The translations under genes were made by a program, and so were the position numbers. Below are positions 56,501 through 64,000 of a DNA stretch of 64,000 nucleotides, one piece after another. Source of the stretch: Lytechinus pictus (lineage: Eukaryota); assembly GCF_037042905.1 (NCBI RefSeq), contig NC_087246.1, positions 13,950,001 to 14,014,000 on the forward strand, in the 5' to 3' direction. Under the pieces are notes generated by a model. That model ran no database searches. It was not told where the DNA came from and saw only the letters and a program-made list of their open reading frames with translations. Each line of letters opens with the position of its first letter. Within the stretch, counting starts at the first letter, position 1.

Positions 56501-59500
56501 TTCATAGAATAGGAGATTTAGGGTTGCTCTCCACCCAGGTGTAGTAAATGAATACTCGGTAGAAAGGAATTCTGATAGTGCCTAGGCAGCCCAGCTAAAG
56601 CCGGTGTAATAATGTTATCATTAAGCAGGGCCCATTGGGAGAACATTTTTCAGAACTACAGTAAAGTGGCTATATACCATGGGTAAATATGACATTATTA
56701 TCGTTTCTGTTGTTCTGTTATTATTATCAGAGAGTGGTATAAGTGGCAAAGACTTAATGGAACAGGTGCATATAAGAGAGGTTTCATACCACTGTTTATG
56801 AAGAGATGTTGAAAATGTATATGTATGTGAAGGATGGTAATAATTTGTACTGTCTTCCCATGGTATAAAGCTGAGTGAAATAGTACATGTGTAGTCTAAA
56901 TAGTAGTTAGTGCAGATATACCAGATACATGGTGTTGCATAGGGGTAACATATTTCACTGATTGACACCAATTGGTCCAGAAAGACAGAATTGTACCTTT
57001 TGTACCACCAGTATTTATATTTAGTAAGACATACACAAAGAAAATCAAGTGTCATTTAATTGATTTTAGGCCTATTTCCCTAAAGACTCTTTATATTGAT
57101 GATACGAAAGATGTTCAATAGGCATGACACTACCACTATATCAATGCTACTGTTGACTTCAACAATGGTTATCTGCCTATTATGTGATTTTAATCCATGA
57201 ACCTGGACAATGAGGATTAGCACATCAATCACCCACTGGCCTGGATTGATTAAGCCCTCATCCTCTTGTCTTTGTCAGATGATAATTGAATAGAACTGTC
57301 CCCAGGATTTTATTGATTATCTCTGATCCTATATAGAGCGTTTTTGTGTGATGTTATTGTTTAGGGTTTATATCCATGTTCAGTGAGGTGGTCAAGAGCA
57401 TTTTGAAGTCTCTGGGAACTGTGTGTTTTAACTCAAGTTTCTCAGGTAACATTACCTGTCTTGTCTTGGGTACAGTAGGCATCTGCAAGCTTGCAAGCTC
57501 CACACGTCCATCTTCATTGTGGTTAAATGTCATATTCTCTACCAGAAGAAGTATGCATCTACTTGTACTCTGGGTTTTAATTAGCTCTTTATAAAAAAAG
57601 TTCATCCTCACTCCTTTTGAAGAAGATTGTTTGCAGTGTTGGTAGCCAGGATTACATCTGGATCTTTGGACTCACATCCTTGGTTAAATTGTCCTCTCTT
57701 TGGTTACTTTCCAAAACCAAGGTTGCCTCTACAAGCGAACTTTGAGCAGGATACCACTCCTGCACATACAGGATACTTAGAGTCATTTGGATCACTTTTG
57801 ATAGTTATTTTCTATAAACAGTATATGTGTTTGCAGCTATTTGGTATAAACACATACCTCATCAGAACTTCCTTCCACAGACATTTTGTGCTGTCTTAAA
57901 TTTGGCCCATCCGTGATGGACCACTTGGGAGATCTGTCCACTTAGCGAACAGGAGGATTGTTATGATCATACGGATTGCTTTTTAATACTTCCTTGATAT
58001 ATCACCTGTTTTGATACATATATAAACATATATGCATTAAGATATCCTTCCGCTCAGATATACACTGGCATCATTGACTCAGCATTTGCCATGGCCTGTT
58101 AACAGACTCCATCTTCATTGCGGGACTGTATGCCAGATTTGTTAACTTTACCAGTTGAAGAATCTTTGTCATTTCAATCATCTTTGCTACCTGTTGATGA
58201 ATGGTATAGCATGCGTATAGATGGACTGAAAGAAAAATGCTCATCCTTCAGAAGTTAACCGTCATCAGATGTACACTGTCCTTGTGAGTCTCTTATTTGC
58301 TTCGTCAACAGAGGATATCAAGAATCAGGTTGCCATTTGCATCATTTGACAAATAATTTCTTTTCACATACTGAAAGACAAAGGATTTCATAAAGATGTG
58401 GAGATTTTGTCTTGTGGTATATGCCTACGCAAGGAACAATCTGTTTGGGTGTTTTGGGATACCTTCAATAAAACTCAAAACGAAAGATGATGTGGTGAGT
58501 ATCGTGACCAGGGATTCCTCAAAGGTCACCATCGCCCCCCCCTTCCACTCCCTCTCCATCTTTCCCTGCAAATTCACATGTATTTATGATTTATATTTAT
58601 GTATGAGGTGTGCGTACGCAGATGATATTGATATATCCAGCACATGTACAATTGATTTGTCATTGTCTGGTTCCTAAGGACAGACATTATCACATTGAAT
58701 TGCTTCAGCTATTCAATCAAAACCAAGCTCAAGGCTGGACCAAAATATATGTTACATGTAAGTGTTTGGAATGAAGCAGTAATATTTTTTTTTCTTTCTT
58801 TCCTTTTCATTCCATGGTTGGTACATGTATGTAGTCACTTTTTGTTCTGAATGGGGCATGTACCGATATATATTTTGTGCACAAATATATTTGTATAGTA
58901 GTCATCCTAAATGCATTTTTATATTTTCTAAATATCCATTCACAGCTCCAAGTTGATGTGACAGTACGCTTCGAGTCATCTGAAAAGACTCTAAAGAGAG
59001 TTCATTCAAGGAAGAAGATGGGAGTCTTTGGGGTACAGGTTGGAACCTTGGCTCATCGGCAGGGCAAGAATATCCCCAACATTATCACACTTTGCGTGGA
59101 AGAGGTCGATAGGAGAGGTATGTCCACTTTTCATTTTCTCCTAGGCCTGTTGTAAATAAATTTTGCAATTGACGGCAACTATACTTTCAATGACAATTAC
59201 CTTAGTGACATATCAAACCAATGAAAACCAAGGTTTTCCTGCAGTGGCACAGGTACAGTCATATAATCTTTATGTAACATTGACCTGGTGATGTTGAGAT
59301 TTTGGGCGACAGTTTGGAAAGTTTAACTTATTCATTTTAGGTATCTCTGTGATACAAACAGTTGTATTTACCATGGCCAAATGGCAGGGAAAAAAATATC
59401 AAAATATAAAAATCTAGAAAAAGGTGTGAAACAACATTTTAATAGTTGATTGACAAGTACACCCATTTGTGATATTCTCTAACTCTGAAGTGAAATTTCT

Positions 59501-59998
59501 GCAGAATAGTTTGAAATTATTAGACTTTGACTTCACATTAATATCTTTGGAGCTCATCAAAGAAGTATAGCACATGTACATTCAGAAGTATTCTGAACAT
59601 TCCATGAGTGCGGGAGTCGGTAGCTTGATATGATGGCTTAATTCTCTTGGTTTTCATCATTGTGAACCTTAAGGTTTATTGATTTCAACTCGCTTCATAT
59701 GTCTTGGTTGTACTTTCCCATAGCTTTGCTGGTTTATTACACCAGCTGTAAAATTTCTAGTGTTAATTCCATCTTTACCTGGTACATTTCACCTGCTACA
59801 TGTAAGAATTCCTTGTTAATTCCTATATTTGATTGAGTGAAGCTTACATTAAGAGATTCCGATGGTTAATTGATGAAACCGCCACATAACTTTCCATTCT
59901 ATTTTTCATCACTTTTGTAGGTATCCACGAAATGGGAATTTACAGGATATCAGGATCATCAGCTGACATTCAGAAATTGAAGAAAGCCTTTGAAATAA
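9162..59998 (+). CDS. BCR/ABR: BCR/ABR-family RhoGEF(DH)-PH-C2-RhoGAP protein, 19 exons, 3'-incomplete: join(9162..9984,13085..13254,14613..14732,20003..20188,24124..24274,28723..28775,37459..37584,40494..40609,41400..41491,42958..43055,44539..44598,48694..48756,49281..49418,50255..50300,53968..54036,55086..55183,56305..56466,58946..59117,59921..59998)
   Basis: All introns are GT-AG, phases match at every junction, no internal stops. Motifs are colinear with human BCR/ABR as recalled: GILESEQKY, FFRIPEL, DLLKHTP, GRKLRRVLL, QWYIPLTELS, SSDYERSDW, TLRILCY, GVFGV, CVEEVDRRG, GIYRISG. The first exon is less certain than the rest. Confidence 0.93.
11745..11872 (-). mobile_element. Degenerate tRNA-derived SINE fragment (second family)
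   Basis: Minus strand reads GGGTTGATTCCC (box-B-like) followed by GTGCCCTATGGTAAGGCATTTA, typical of SINE heads. Confidence 0.45.
13085..13254 (+). CDS. BCR/ABR: Exon: Ser/Pro/Asp-rich linker (GALSSDSVSLSPSVDS...SATTPSR)
   Basis: Pyrimidine tract + CCAG acceptor; AGG|GTAAGT donor; phase 1 to 0. Confidence 0.85.
14325..14352. repeat. (AG)n microsatellite plus G-run
   Basis: Direct reading. Confidence 0.9.
14613..14732 (+). CDS. BCR/ABR: Exon: start of DH domain (GDSIKLSTPEVEKLSIRRLLLGGILESEQKYIKSLEILQK)
   Basis: CAG acceptor, AAG|GTAGGT donor; DH CR1-type ILxSExxY motif. Confidence 0.95.
17230..18288 (+). mobile_element. 5'-truncated L2/CR1-group non-LTR retrotransposon (RT from the YADD motif to the C-terminus, 3' UTR, TAT tail)
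   Basis: IRSHGVDVMLYADDTQMY, LNDEKTE, RNLGVIFD, LVHAFVTSRIDSCNSLL, LHWL, RSFAVAGPTLWNKLP, FKSLLKTHLF; stop at 18096; 3' stem AGCGCATA/TATGCGCT; (TAT)n tail. Confidence 0.95.
18378..18506. mobile_element. Short Harbinger-like MITE, CTG TSD
   Basis: CTG|GGTCCCGTAACACAAAGGTTAG ... CTAAGCTTTGTATTACGGGCCC|CTG. Confidence 0.8.
20003..20188 (+). CDS. BCR/ABR: Exon: DH domain (VMKTFKASISTSTPVM...FFRIPELLNVHRQF...GDSFKLL)
   Basis: TAG acceptor, GTAAAG donor, 62 codons; resembles BCR IFFKVPELYEIH...GDLFQKL. Confidence 0.95.
21745..22060. repeat. CT-rich polypyrimidine low-complexity tract
   Basis: Direct reading. Confidence 0.85.
22483..22655. repeat. Degenerate (CAT/CAC)n trinucleotide repeat
   Basis: Direct reading. 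Confidence 0.9.
24124..24274 (+). CDS. BCR/ABR: Exon: DH domain (ASHFDIHEEYIANYKRAM...EMYTLE)
   Basis: CAG acceptor, G|GTAGGT donor, phase 0 to 1; YxxNY motif. Confidence 0.93.
27583..27962. mobile_element. PIF/Harbinger-type MITE, TTA TSD
   Basis: TTA|TACCCCTTTCATAAACC ... GGTTTATGAAAGGGGTA|TTA: perfect 17-bp TIR with a 3-bp TWA duplication. Confidence 0.88.
28723..28775 (+). CDS. BCR/ABR: Exon: DH CR3 region (AMLYSPLQGITKLTMILN)
   Basis: TTTTCAG acceptor, GTAAGT donor, 53 nt, phase 1 to 0; aligns with BCR LLYKPVDRVTRSTLVLH. Confidence 0.9.
28909..29190 (+). mobile_element. Full-length tRNA-derived SINE
   Basis: Box A TGGCCCAGTGG, box B GGTTCGAATCC, body ACCCAGGTGAGGTGAATGGG, 3' GCGCC...GGCGCTATATAA and (TAT)n tail; possible ATAATTT TSD. 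Confidence 0.92.
29363..30210. mobile_element. Non-autonomous element with a long terminal palindrome at one end and a short direct repeat at the other (Crypton-like)
   Basis: About 180-bp hairpin at 29363-29545 centred near 29450; GAGGGATATAA-like motif repeated at 30193; CpG-rich interior; no TIR pair or clear TSD. Family assignment is inference. Confidence 0.55.
30845..31012. repeat. Degenerate (CAT/CAC)n repeat
   Basis: Direct reading. Confidence 0.9.
37133..37388 (-). mobile_element. SINE, same family as 28909-29190, inverted and more diverged
   Basis: The reverse complement shares CTTCAGCAAGAAATTTATCCACA, ACCCAGGTGAGGTGAATGGG, GGATTAATTCCTTGAATG and CTAAAGCCxGGGTAATAATA. Confidence 0.9.
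37459..37584 (+). CDS. BCR/ABR: Exon: end of DH domain (DLLKHTPEHHEDHSILSQVLEKTRKFFKQVDDATREIHSTKQ)
   Basis: TAG acceptor, CAG|GTATGA donor; DLLKHTPxxHxDH motif. Confidence 0.95.
39452..39622. mobile_element. Harbinger-like MITE with CWG flanks
   Basis: CAG|GGTGGTGTTTCATAAAGCTGTTCGTAA ... TTACGGACAGCTTTATGAAACGGGCCC|CTG. Confidence 0.78.
40494..40609 (+). CDS. BCR/ABR: Exon: start of PH domain (KRELVRQGYLVEWTEGGRKLRRVLLWSDLIICASKRNT)
   Basis: Strong acceptor, AG|GTACTT donor, phase 0 to 2. Confidence 0.95.
41400..41491 (+). CDS. BCR/ABR: Exon: PH domain (SGMFQRDKGQYDFQWYIPLTELSLTPNDRCE)
   Basis: TTTCAG acceptor, G|GTTGGT donor, phase 2 to 1; WYIPL motif. Confidence 0.93.
41580..41722. repeat. 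Degenerate fold-back palindrome (old MITE)
   Basis: GTGTTGATGCAAGAACACCCTTA... is mirrored by ...TAAGGGCATCCTTGCACTGACAC over about 60 bp with mismatches. Confidence 0.6.
42958..43055 (+). CDS. BCR/ABR: Exon: PH helical insert (AEPDVVAKSDFELRQMKKDISELQEKIKRDKAA)
   Basis: TTTAG acceptor, GTAAGT donor, phase 1 to 0. Confidence 0.92.
43244..44105. mobile_element. Non-autonomous TA-targeting DNA transposon (Tc1/mariner/pogo superfamily-like) with GGGG...CCCC termini
   Basis: TA|GGGGAAGGCAGGGTAAGTTG ... CAACTTACCCCGTCTTCCCC|TA; about 8 copies of GGG(C/T)AAGTTG(A/T)GCCA-like motifs in both orientations. Confidence 0.85.
44539..44598 (+). CDS. BCR/ABR: Exon: PH insert (KQSRAILKSIDQKRKQMGEL)
   Basis: TTTCAG acceptor, GTAAGA donor, 20 codons. 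Confidence 0.88.
46935..47551. mobile_element. Non-autonomous Tc1-like element
   Basis: TA|CAGTTGAGGCCAGAAGTTTACATACACCCATGAAATTCA ... TGAATTCCATGGGTGTATGCAAACTTTTGGCCTCAACTG|TA; right flank expands into (TA)n. Confidence 0.9.
47552..47581. repeat. (TA)15 microsatellite
   Basis: Direct reading; starts at the TA TSD of the Tc1-like element. Confidence 0.95.
47861..48135. mobile_element. Harbinger-like MITE, CAG TSD
   Basis: CAG|GGCCCTGTCTTACAAAGAGTTACGATTGATCC ... GGATCAATCGCAACTCTTTGTTAAGACGGAGCC|CAG. Confidence 0.85.
48322..48414 (-). mobile_element. 3' tail fragment of a SINE/LINE
   Basis: Minus strand reads AGCCAGGGTAATAATA...AAGCGTATAG...TATGCGCTATACAAGT...TTATTATT. Confidence 0.6.
48694..48756 (+). 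CDS. BCR/ABR: Exon: PH domain (EVGYVLESPKLPFHLYHHSGK)
   Basis: TTTTTGCAG acceptor, AAG|GTAAAT donor; resembles BCR SPSMAFRVHSRNGK. Confidence 0.93.
49281..49418 (+). CDS. BCR/ABR: Exon: end of PH domain (TYTILMSSDYERSDWKEAI...PKTRR)
   Basis: CAG acceptor, GTAAGA donor; SSDYERxxW motif. Confidence 0.95.
50255..50300 (+). CDS. BCR/ABR: Exon: PH-C2 linker (GRDSYVNISSVLLKD)
   Basis: Long pyrimidine tract + TCAG, GTGAGT donor; this 46-nt exon provides the required phase 0 to 1 bridge. Confidence 0.85.
50323..50452. mobile_element. Degenerate short MITE related to 18378-18506
   Basis: CTG|GGTCCTGTATTATAAAGCTTAAGGATTGATT ... AATCGATTGCTAAAGTGTATGTTACAGGTCC|CAG; nearly identical length. Confidence 0.65.
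53968..54036 (+). CDS. BCR/ABR: Exon: start of C2 domain (NDELLTGMLHVIVKEARGLTVPS)
   Basis: CCTAG acceptor, GTAAGT donor, phase 1 to 1; resembles BCR [21 protein letters not shown]. Confidence 0.93.
54095..54500 (-). mobile_element. CR1-type LINE 3' fragment, frameshifted
   Basis: Minus strand encodes RRNRGDMINVY, KTRGHSLKL, then after a frameshift FFANRVINVWNSL and AFKNRLD; (GTAAA)n tail near 54095-54110. Confidence 0.88.
54854..55011. mobile_element. Palindromic Harbinger-like MITE
   Basis: GACCCTGTTGCATAAAGTTACCATTATGGTAACTTTGCCATCCATTGGT ... ACCATTGGATGGTAAAGTTACTATAAAAGTAACTCTTATGCAACAGGGCC|CTG. Confidence 0.8.
55086..55183 (+). CDS. BCR/ABR: Exon: C2 domain (QLYCCLETDAYGIFSRMAKTRKTSNTIKPKWNE)
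   Basis: T-run + CAG acceptor, GAG|GTAAGT donor; LYCxLExDxxG and AKTR...PxWNE motifs. Confidence 0.95.
56305..56466 (+). CDS. BCR/ABR: Exon: C2 domain (EFALDVDGAKTLRILCYD...FTILMDQ)
   Basis: TAG acceptor (weak pyrimidine tract), CAG|GTAAGT donor; TLRILCY motif. Confidence 0.93.
56521..56615 (+). mobile_element. SINE body fragment
   Basis: CTCTCCACCCAGGTGTAGTAAATG...GGCAGCCCAGCTAAAGCCGGTGTAATAAT resembles 29020-29120. Confidence 0.6.
58946..59117 (+). CDS. BCR/ABR: Exon: end of C2 / start of RhoGAP (LQVDVTVRF...GVFGVQV...IPNIITLCVEEVDRRG)
   Basis: CAG acceptor, G|GTATGT donor; GVFG and CVEEVxRRG motifs. Confidence 0.96.
59921..59998 (+). CDS. BCR/ABR: Exon: RhoGAP arginine finger (GIHEMGIYRISGSSADIQKLKKAFEI)
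   Basis: TTTTGTAG acceptor, GTAAGT donor; GIYRxSG catalytic motif intact. Confidence 0.96.
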
Positions 59999-60599
59999 GT
60001 AAGTTAATTGGAGTCTTCAAAATGTTATTTCATATTTCATGAATATCTGCCAATCCATATTCATGTTATTACTCAATTATTAATCCATTTCTAATATGAA
60101 TATTATTCTTTTCATGCCTTAATTTATTGCAGGTCTCAAATATTTTTCTTTCTAGTTTACATGTAGGGCAAATTTGCAAGTATTTTTTTTTCTTTAAAAA
60201 GAAGGATTTAGATAGAAGTTACCAAAAAGAGTAAGCATGTAGTATTTCTAAAACTGCATAATACACTCATTCAATTCCACATATACAGTATCTGGGCATT
60301 TTAGAAGAAAAGTTCAGATGATATTTAAAGAGGTGCTTAATTTCCTTAGCAGATCACTGAAGAATAATCCTAAATGGATACTATGTTTTACAATATAAAT
60401 TCACATCACAGTACCCATTCTAGGCTGTAGTCCCACTTCATATATTTTCATGCCATATTTGCATCTCTAATGGTCCTATTATCTTTATATTTAATATCAG
60501 TGCTAGATATCAAGTAGTATCTTACATTTATTCACTAAATCTTTATTCTCGCTCAAAAGTCTCAATCTGTCTTCTTAATATGCTCTATAGTACTAGTAG

Positions 60600-61008
60600 A
60601 TATGTGACATCCCATCCCAAAACCAACAATAAGTTGCCGAAAAATGAAAATTTAGAATTTTATTTGAGCTTGAAATAGTAGATCCTTACCTTTAAAAGGA
60701 TATATGACTTTTCCAAACTTGATCAACGATAACCCACATAACTACTTGATTGAATGTAGTAGACATTAACGTTAGAGCTTCAGAAAATAAGGAGAAAACA
60801 AGGTTTGAAATTAAGGGTTCCCCAAGCATAAGATGTGCATGGTGTGCAATCTGTGTTAAACTTCCAAGCAGTCTACAAACAATAGTGTAAAAAATCTAAT
60901 TTTCTTCTTGACTTCGCAACTTCAAATAAGCTAATTTCTATTTTTGGCTATTTACAAAGAAATTTCCCTGGTGACCTGTTGTTGGTTTTGGGGTGGTTAA
61001 TCACATAT
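60600..61008. mobile_element. MITE with about 30-bp imperfect TIRs
   Basis: ATATGTGACATCCCATCCCAAAACCAACAA ... TTGTTGGTTTTGGGGTGGTTAATCACATAT. Confidence 0.7.
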
Positions 61009-62578
61009 GGATATGCAATTTTAAGACTTTTTATGCTCCATTGTATTGCAGAACAGCATAATTATTAAAGTATATCACATGAACACTTTCATCTCTTTTT
61101 TGCTTTAGAAGGTTCTGTCCCTTTTTAAGAAATAAAATACTTCTATGCCTTTTCAGATTTATAAAAAGTATGTGTCTAAACCTCATTATATAATGTGTAA
61201 TCCATATTTTTGCATCTATTAATCTTTTTGCCATATATTTATTAATCCCTTTTTAATGGATAAATGACAGCATTCCATGATCTGTGTGAAATTACCGAAT
61301 CTGGTATGTGTATTTCATTGCTGTGTAATCTTTTCAGAGCCAGAAATACATCATTTCTATGCACTCAATGGTGCTCCACTCCTTTATATGTCAAAACAAA
61401 AAACAAAAATATAATTGGAAATCTTTCTAGAAAAATGTAAGGAAACTTGTTAGTGATGCATGGTTTTGGATAACATTATTCCATATTTGAATGCAATAAA
61501 ATACATTTCAGAGTATTTGCTGTTAAATTTGAATTGCTTTATAGCAATCAGTAATATTATAGTTGTCCAAAATATTGTATTTTAGCTTTGAGACGGATTT
61601 CCGTAAATGATATCTGAATATCAAAGTGTAGGGGTACAATATTTGTTCAATTTACAGGAATGTGCAAAACATTGACAATCCCTTCAAGAAATGATGCAAA
61701 TTTCTGGTGTTGAGAAGACTTTGTTATTGCTTTTTGTGCATGTTGCATGCATGTTCCTTCTAGTTGTATGCATTCATTGTTTTCTATCCTACATTACGCA
61801 TGCAGGCCTGGCCAGTTTCCCCAATGGTATGTTATTTAATGCATTTTTTTTTAAATTGGTACTTCTATGCCTGCTGTATGCTACACATTATATGCATGCT
61901 GTATCAACATTACTTGTGGATATATCTTATTCTTCTGCTTCTGCTTCTACCAGCTTGAAAACTATGTGCAGCTATTGCTACATTGTAGAGCCCAACTAAT
62001 TGTTGATATTGTATCTAGGCAAGGTGACACAGTCAAGGGTTCCTATAGCTTGCTCTACTATACTCCACTCCCCATGGACCATGCTTTATAAACTCTGATT
62101 TGCAAAAGTGTGGAGAGTTACATTTTAATCAATAATTTTGATCATTATATCATGTCTTTTTTAATATGGCCTTTGTAAATCTGTGTATATGTATCCTGCA
62201 ATGTTTTTTTTCTTCTCCTATTTTTTATTACCTGAATGATTGCAGTTTAATCTTTATACATGTAATTCAGTGCCATTCTTATTCTTTTTTTAAATTTTAA
62301 TCTTATGTTTGACCAATATGAACATATCTCTTTCTTAAAAATAGAGTAAATGATAATATCCTTTTCAATAGTCATACTGCATATGACCAATTCTTAGTCA
62401 TATTCAGTATCTTTTGGTCTGTTTGGTGTTTTATTTTGGATGTGATATTTGTAAGTAAGTGTTTCTATTTAAAACATCTTTTTTTCTTTTATACCTTTCC
62501 TTATTAATTGATGTACTATTGCAACTACATATGTGTATGTACATGTATATATACATACATACTGTCTACAGCCTTTAA

Positions 62579-63182
62579 GGGGAATCCAACCCAAATAAAA
62601 ACTTGATTTTATAAGGAAAAGAACAATCAGACAAGTTGACCGGTGACAGTTTGAACAATATTGGACAAACAACAAGAAAGTTATGAATTTTTAAAAGTTG
62701 TAAATATTGGTAATCACTATACCCATGGAGACTTCAAATTGGCTGCATATGGGATGTCATAGTGATGTAAGGCAAGGACTACTCTTCCATGTACTCCAAT
62801 ACATATTATGGCTAAAATGTCATTTTTCCCAAAAGTTTTATTTCAAATTATATTTTTATTTCATGATGACATAAAACAATATACTAGCTACCTGGGTTAT
62901 ATTTAGATTACTGCCCCAGGGGAATGGGTACTTAGGAGAAAACCACAAATCCCTGATAATAAAGTACATGGCCTACATGTATGGGAAAGTTGTCCTTGCC
63001 CCTTGTCATAATTTACTTACCCAGTTGCCAATTTGAAATCTACATATTATTAGTGATCTCAATTTTAAAGCAGCTATAACTTTCTTATTGCCTGTCCGAT
63101 TTCATTCAAACTTTCACCATTCTATTTAATTTATTTTTCTCCTTCCCAACACAACATTTAATGGCCAAGGCTGGATTCCCCT
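62579..63182. mobile_element. Kolobok-like non-autonomous element, TTAA TSD
   Basis: TTAA|GGGGAATCCAACC ... GGCTGGATTCCCCT|TTAA; short TIR with purine-start termini (not the CCC start of piggyBac). Confidence 0.75.
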
Positions 63183-63228
63183 TTAAGGTCTTTAAAGTGG
63201 TTTTATCAATCATTTAGAATCAGGGGAT

Positions 63229-63545
63229 GGGGTTGTTTCATAAAGCTGTTTGTTTGTACATGCATTACAACTGAATGCAGGACTGGAACCTGTTCTTGTG
63301 TGTGAAATCAAGATTCTCAATCGCTTAATTTGATTGCTATCTGGTAAAACTGAAATCAGGTCTTTGTAGGTTAGAATTCTTGCTGTTAACAAACATCTGC
63401 AATCATTTATTTTATTTGTCAAAATTATGAGATATTAGGTCCCACTTTGTTAAAATGGGAAAAGTTTGGTATCTCATATTAAAACAGGTCACCAGTTGTG
63501 CATAAATTTGTGAGTAAATTACAAACGGCTTTATGAAACATCCTT
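63229..63545. mobile_element. MITE related to 39452-39622
   Basis: TGTTTCATAAAGCTGTTTG ... CAAACGGCTTTATGAAACA. Confidence 0.7.
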
Positions 63546-64000
63546 GGGAATTTTTTTTTGGTCTTTTCTTTTAGTTTTATTGCATCACATGCTTTAATTT
63601 TGCACATTTAAACATGTATGCTCACCCTATTGATATTCTTTTGTAAAACTAGTACAATCAACTTTGGCCTTTTAATGGTTATTCATGTATTGTGTACCCT
63701 CTCAAGCACACATGCTATCACATCACACTTAGAAGTATGACTTAATTTTAATGAATTTGCTTAGTACATTAGGAATATTGAATTTCAGCAATGGTTACAA
63801 TGTACATGTAGTTGCAGCAGTATACATGGTGAACCTTGTCTAGGGGCAGAAATTTTCTGACTCATAGAAAAAGAAGAGGTAAAAACCATGAAAACCATTT
63901 ACTGGCAAGCAAAAAAAAGGAGGGAACGTCATGGAAAGTCTGTCAGGAGGGGGTTAGTTCCCTTCACCCCCCCCCCCCATAATGCAAGTGGTTAGCAGTG

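Noticed and set aside
60000-64000. Next RhoGAP exon (expected D(I/V)xA(I/V)AGxLKLYFRELP-like motif)
   Set aside because: Not found by eye; the ORFs at 61691-62091 are AT-rich noise, so the gene presumably continues beyond the window.

Overview
AT-rich animal genomic DNA; the repeat repertoire suggests a marine invertebrate deuterostome, probably a sea urchin (inference). The window is dominated by one + strand multi-exon gene of the BCR/ABR family (DH RhoGEF - PH - C2 - RhoGAP). I assembled 19 GT-AG exons from 9162 to 59998 with matching phases throughout: 2821 nt, about 940 codons. The gene runs off the right edge inside the RhoGAP domain. It begins with an unexpected 274-codon Glu/Gln-rich exon. 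The introns hold a 5'-truncated L2-type LINE, a CR1 fragment, tRNA-derived SINEs, many non-autonomous DNA transposons (Tc1/mariner-, Harbinger-, Kolobok- and Crypton-like), microsatellites and a 168-N gap. Main observations: (1) strong excess of TA-xxxx-TA palindromes (TACATGTA, TACCGGTA, TAGGCCTA) that look like transposon excision footprints, with one internal before/after example; (2) an inverted SINE pair bracketing the longest intron; (3) the acidic first exon; (4) a DH domain lacking conserved catalytic residues. There is no prokaryotic-type system (CRISPR, operon). All comparisons to human proteins and known elements are from memory, not database searches.
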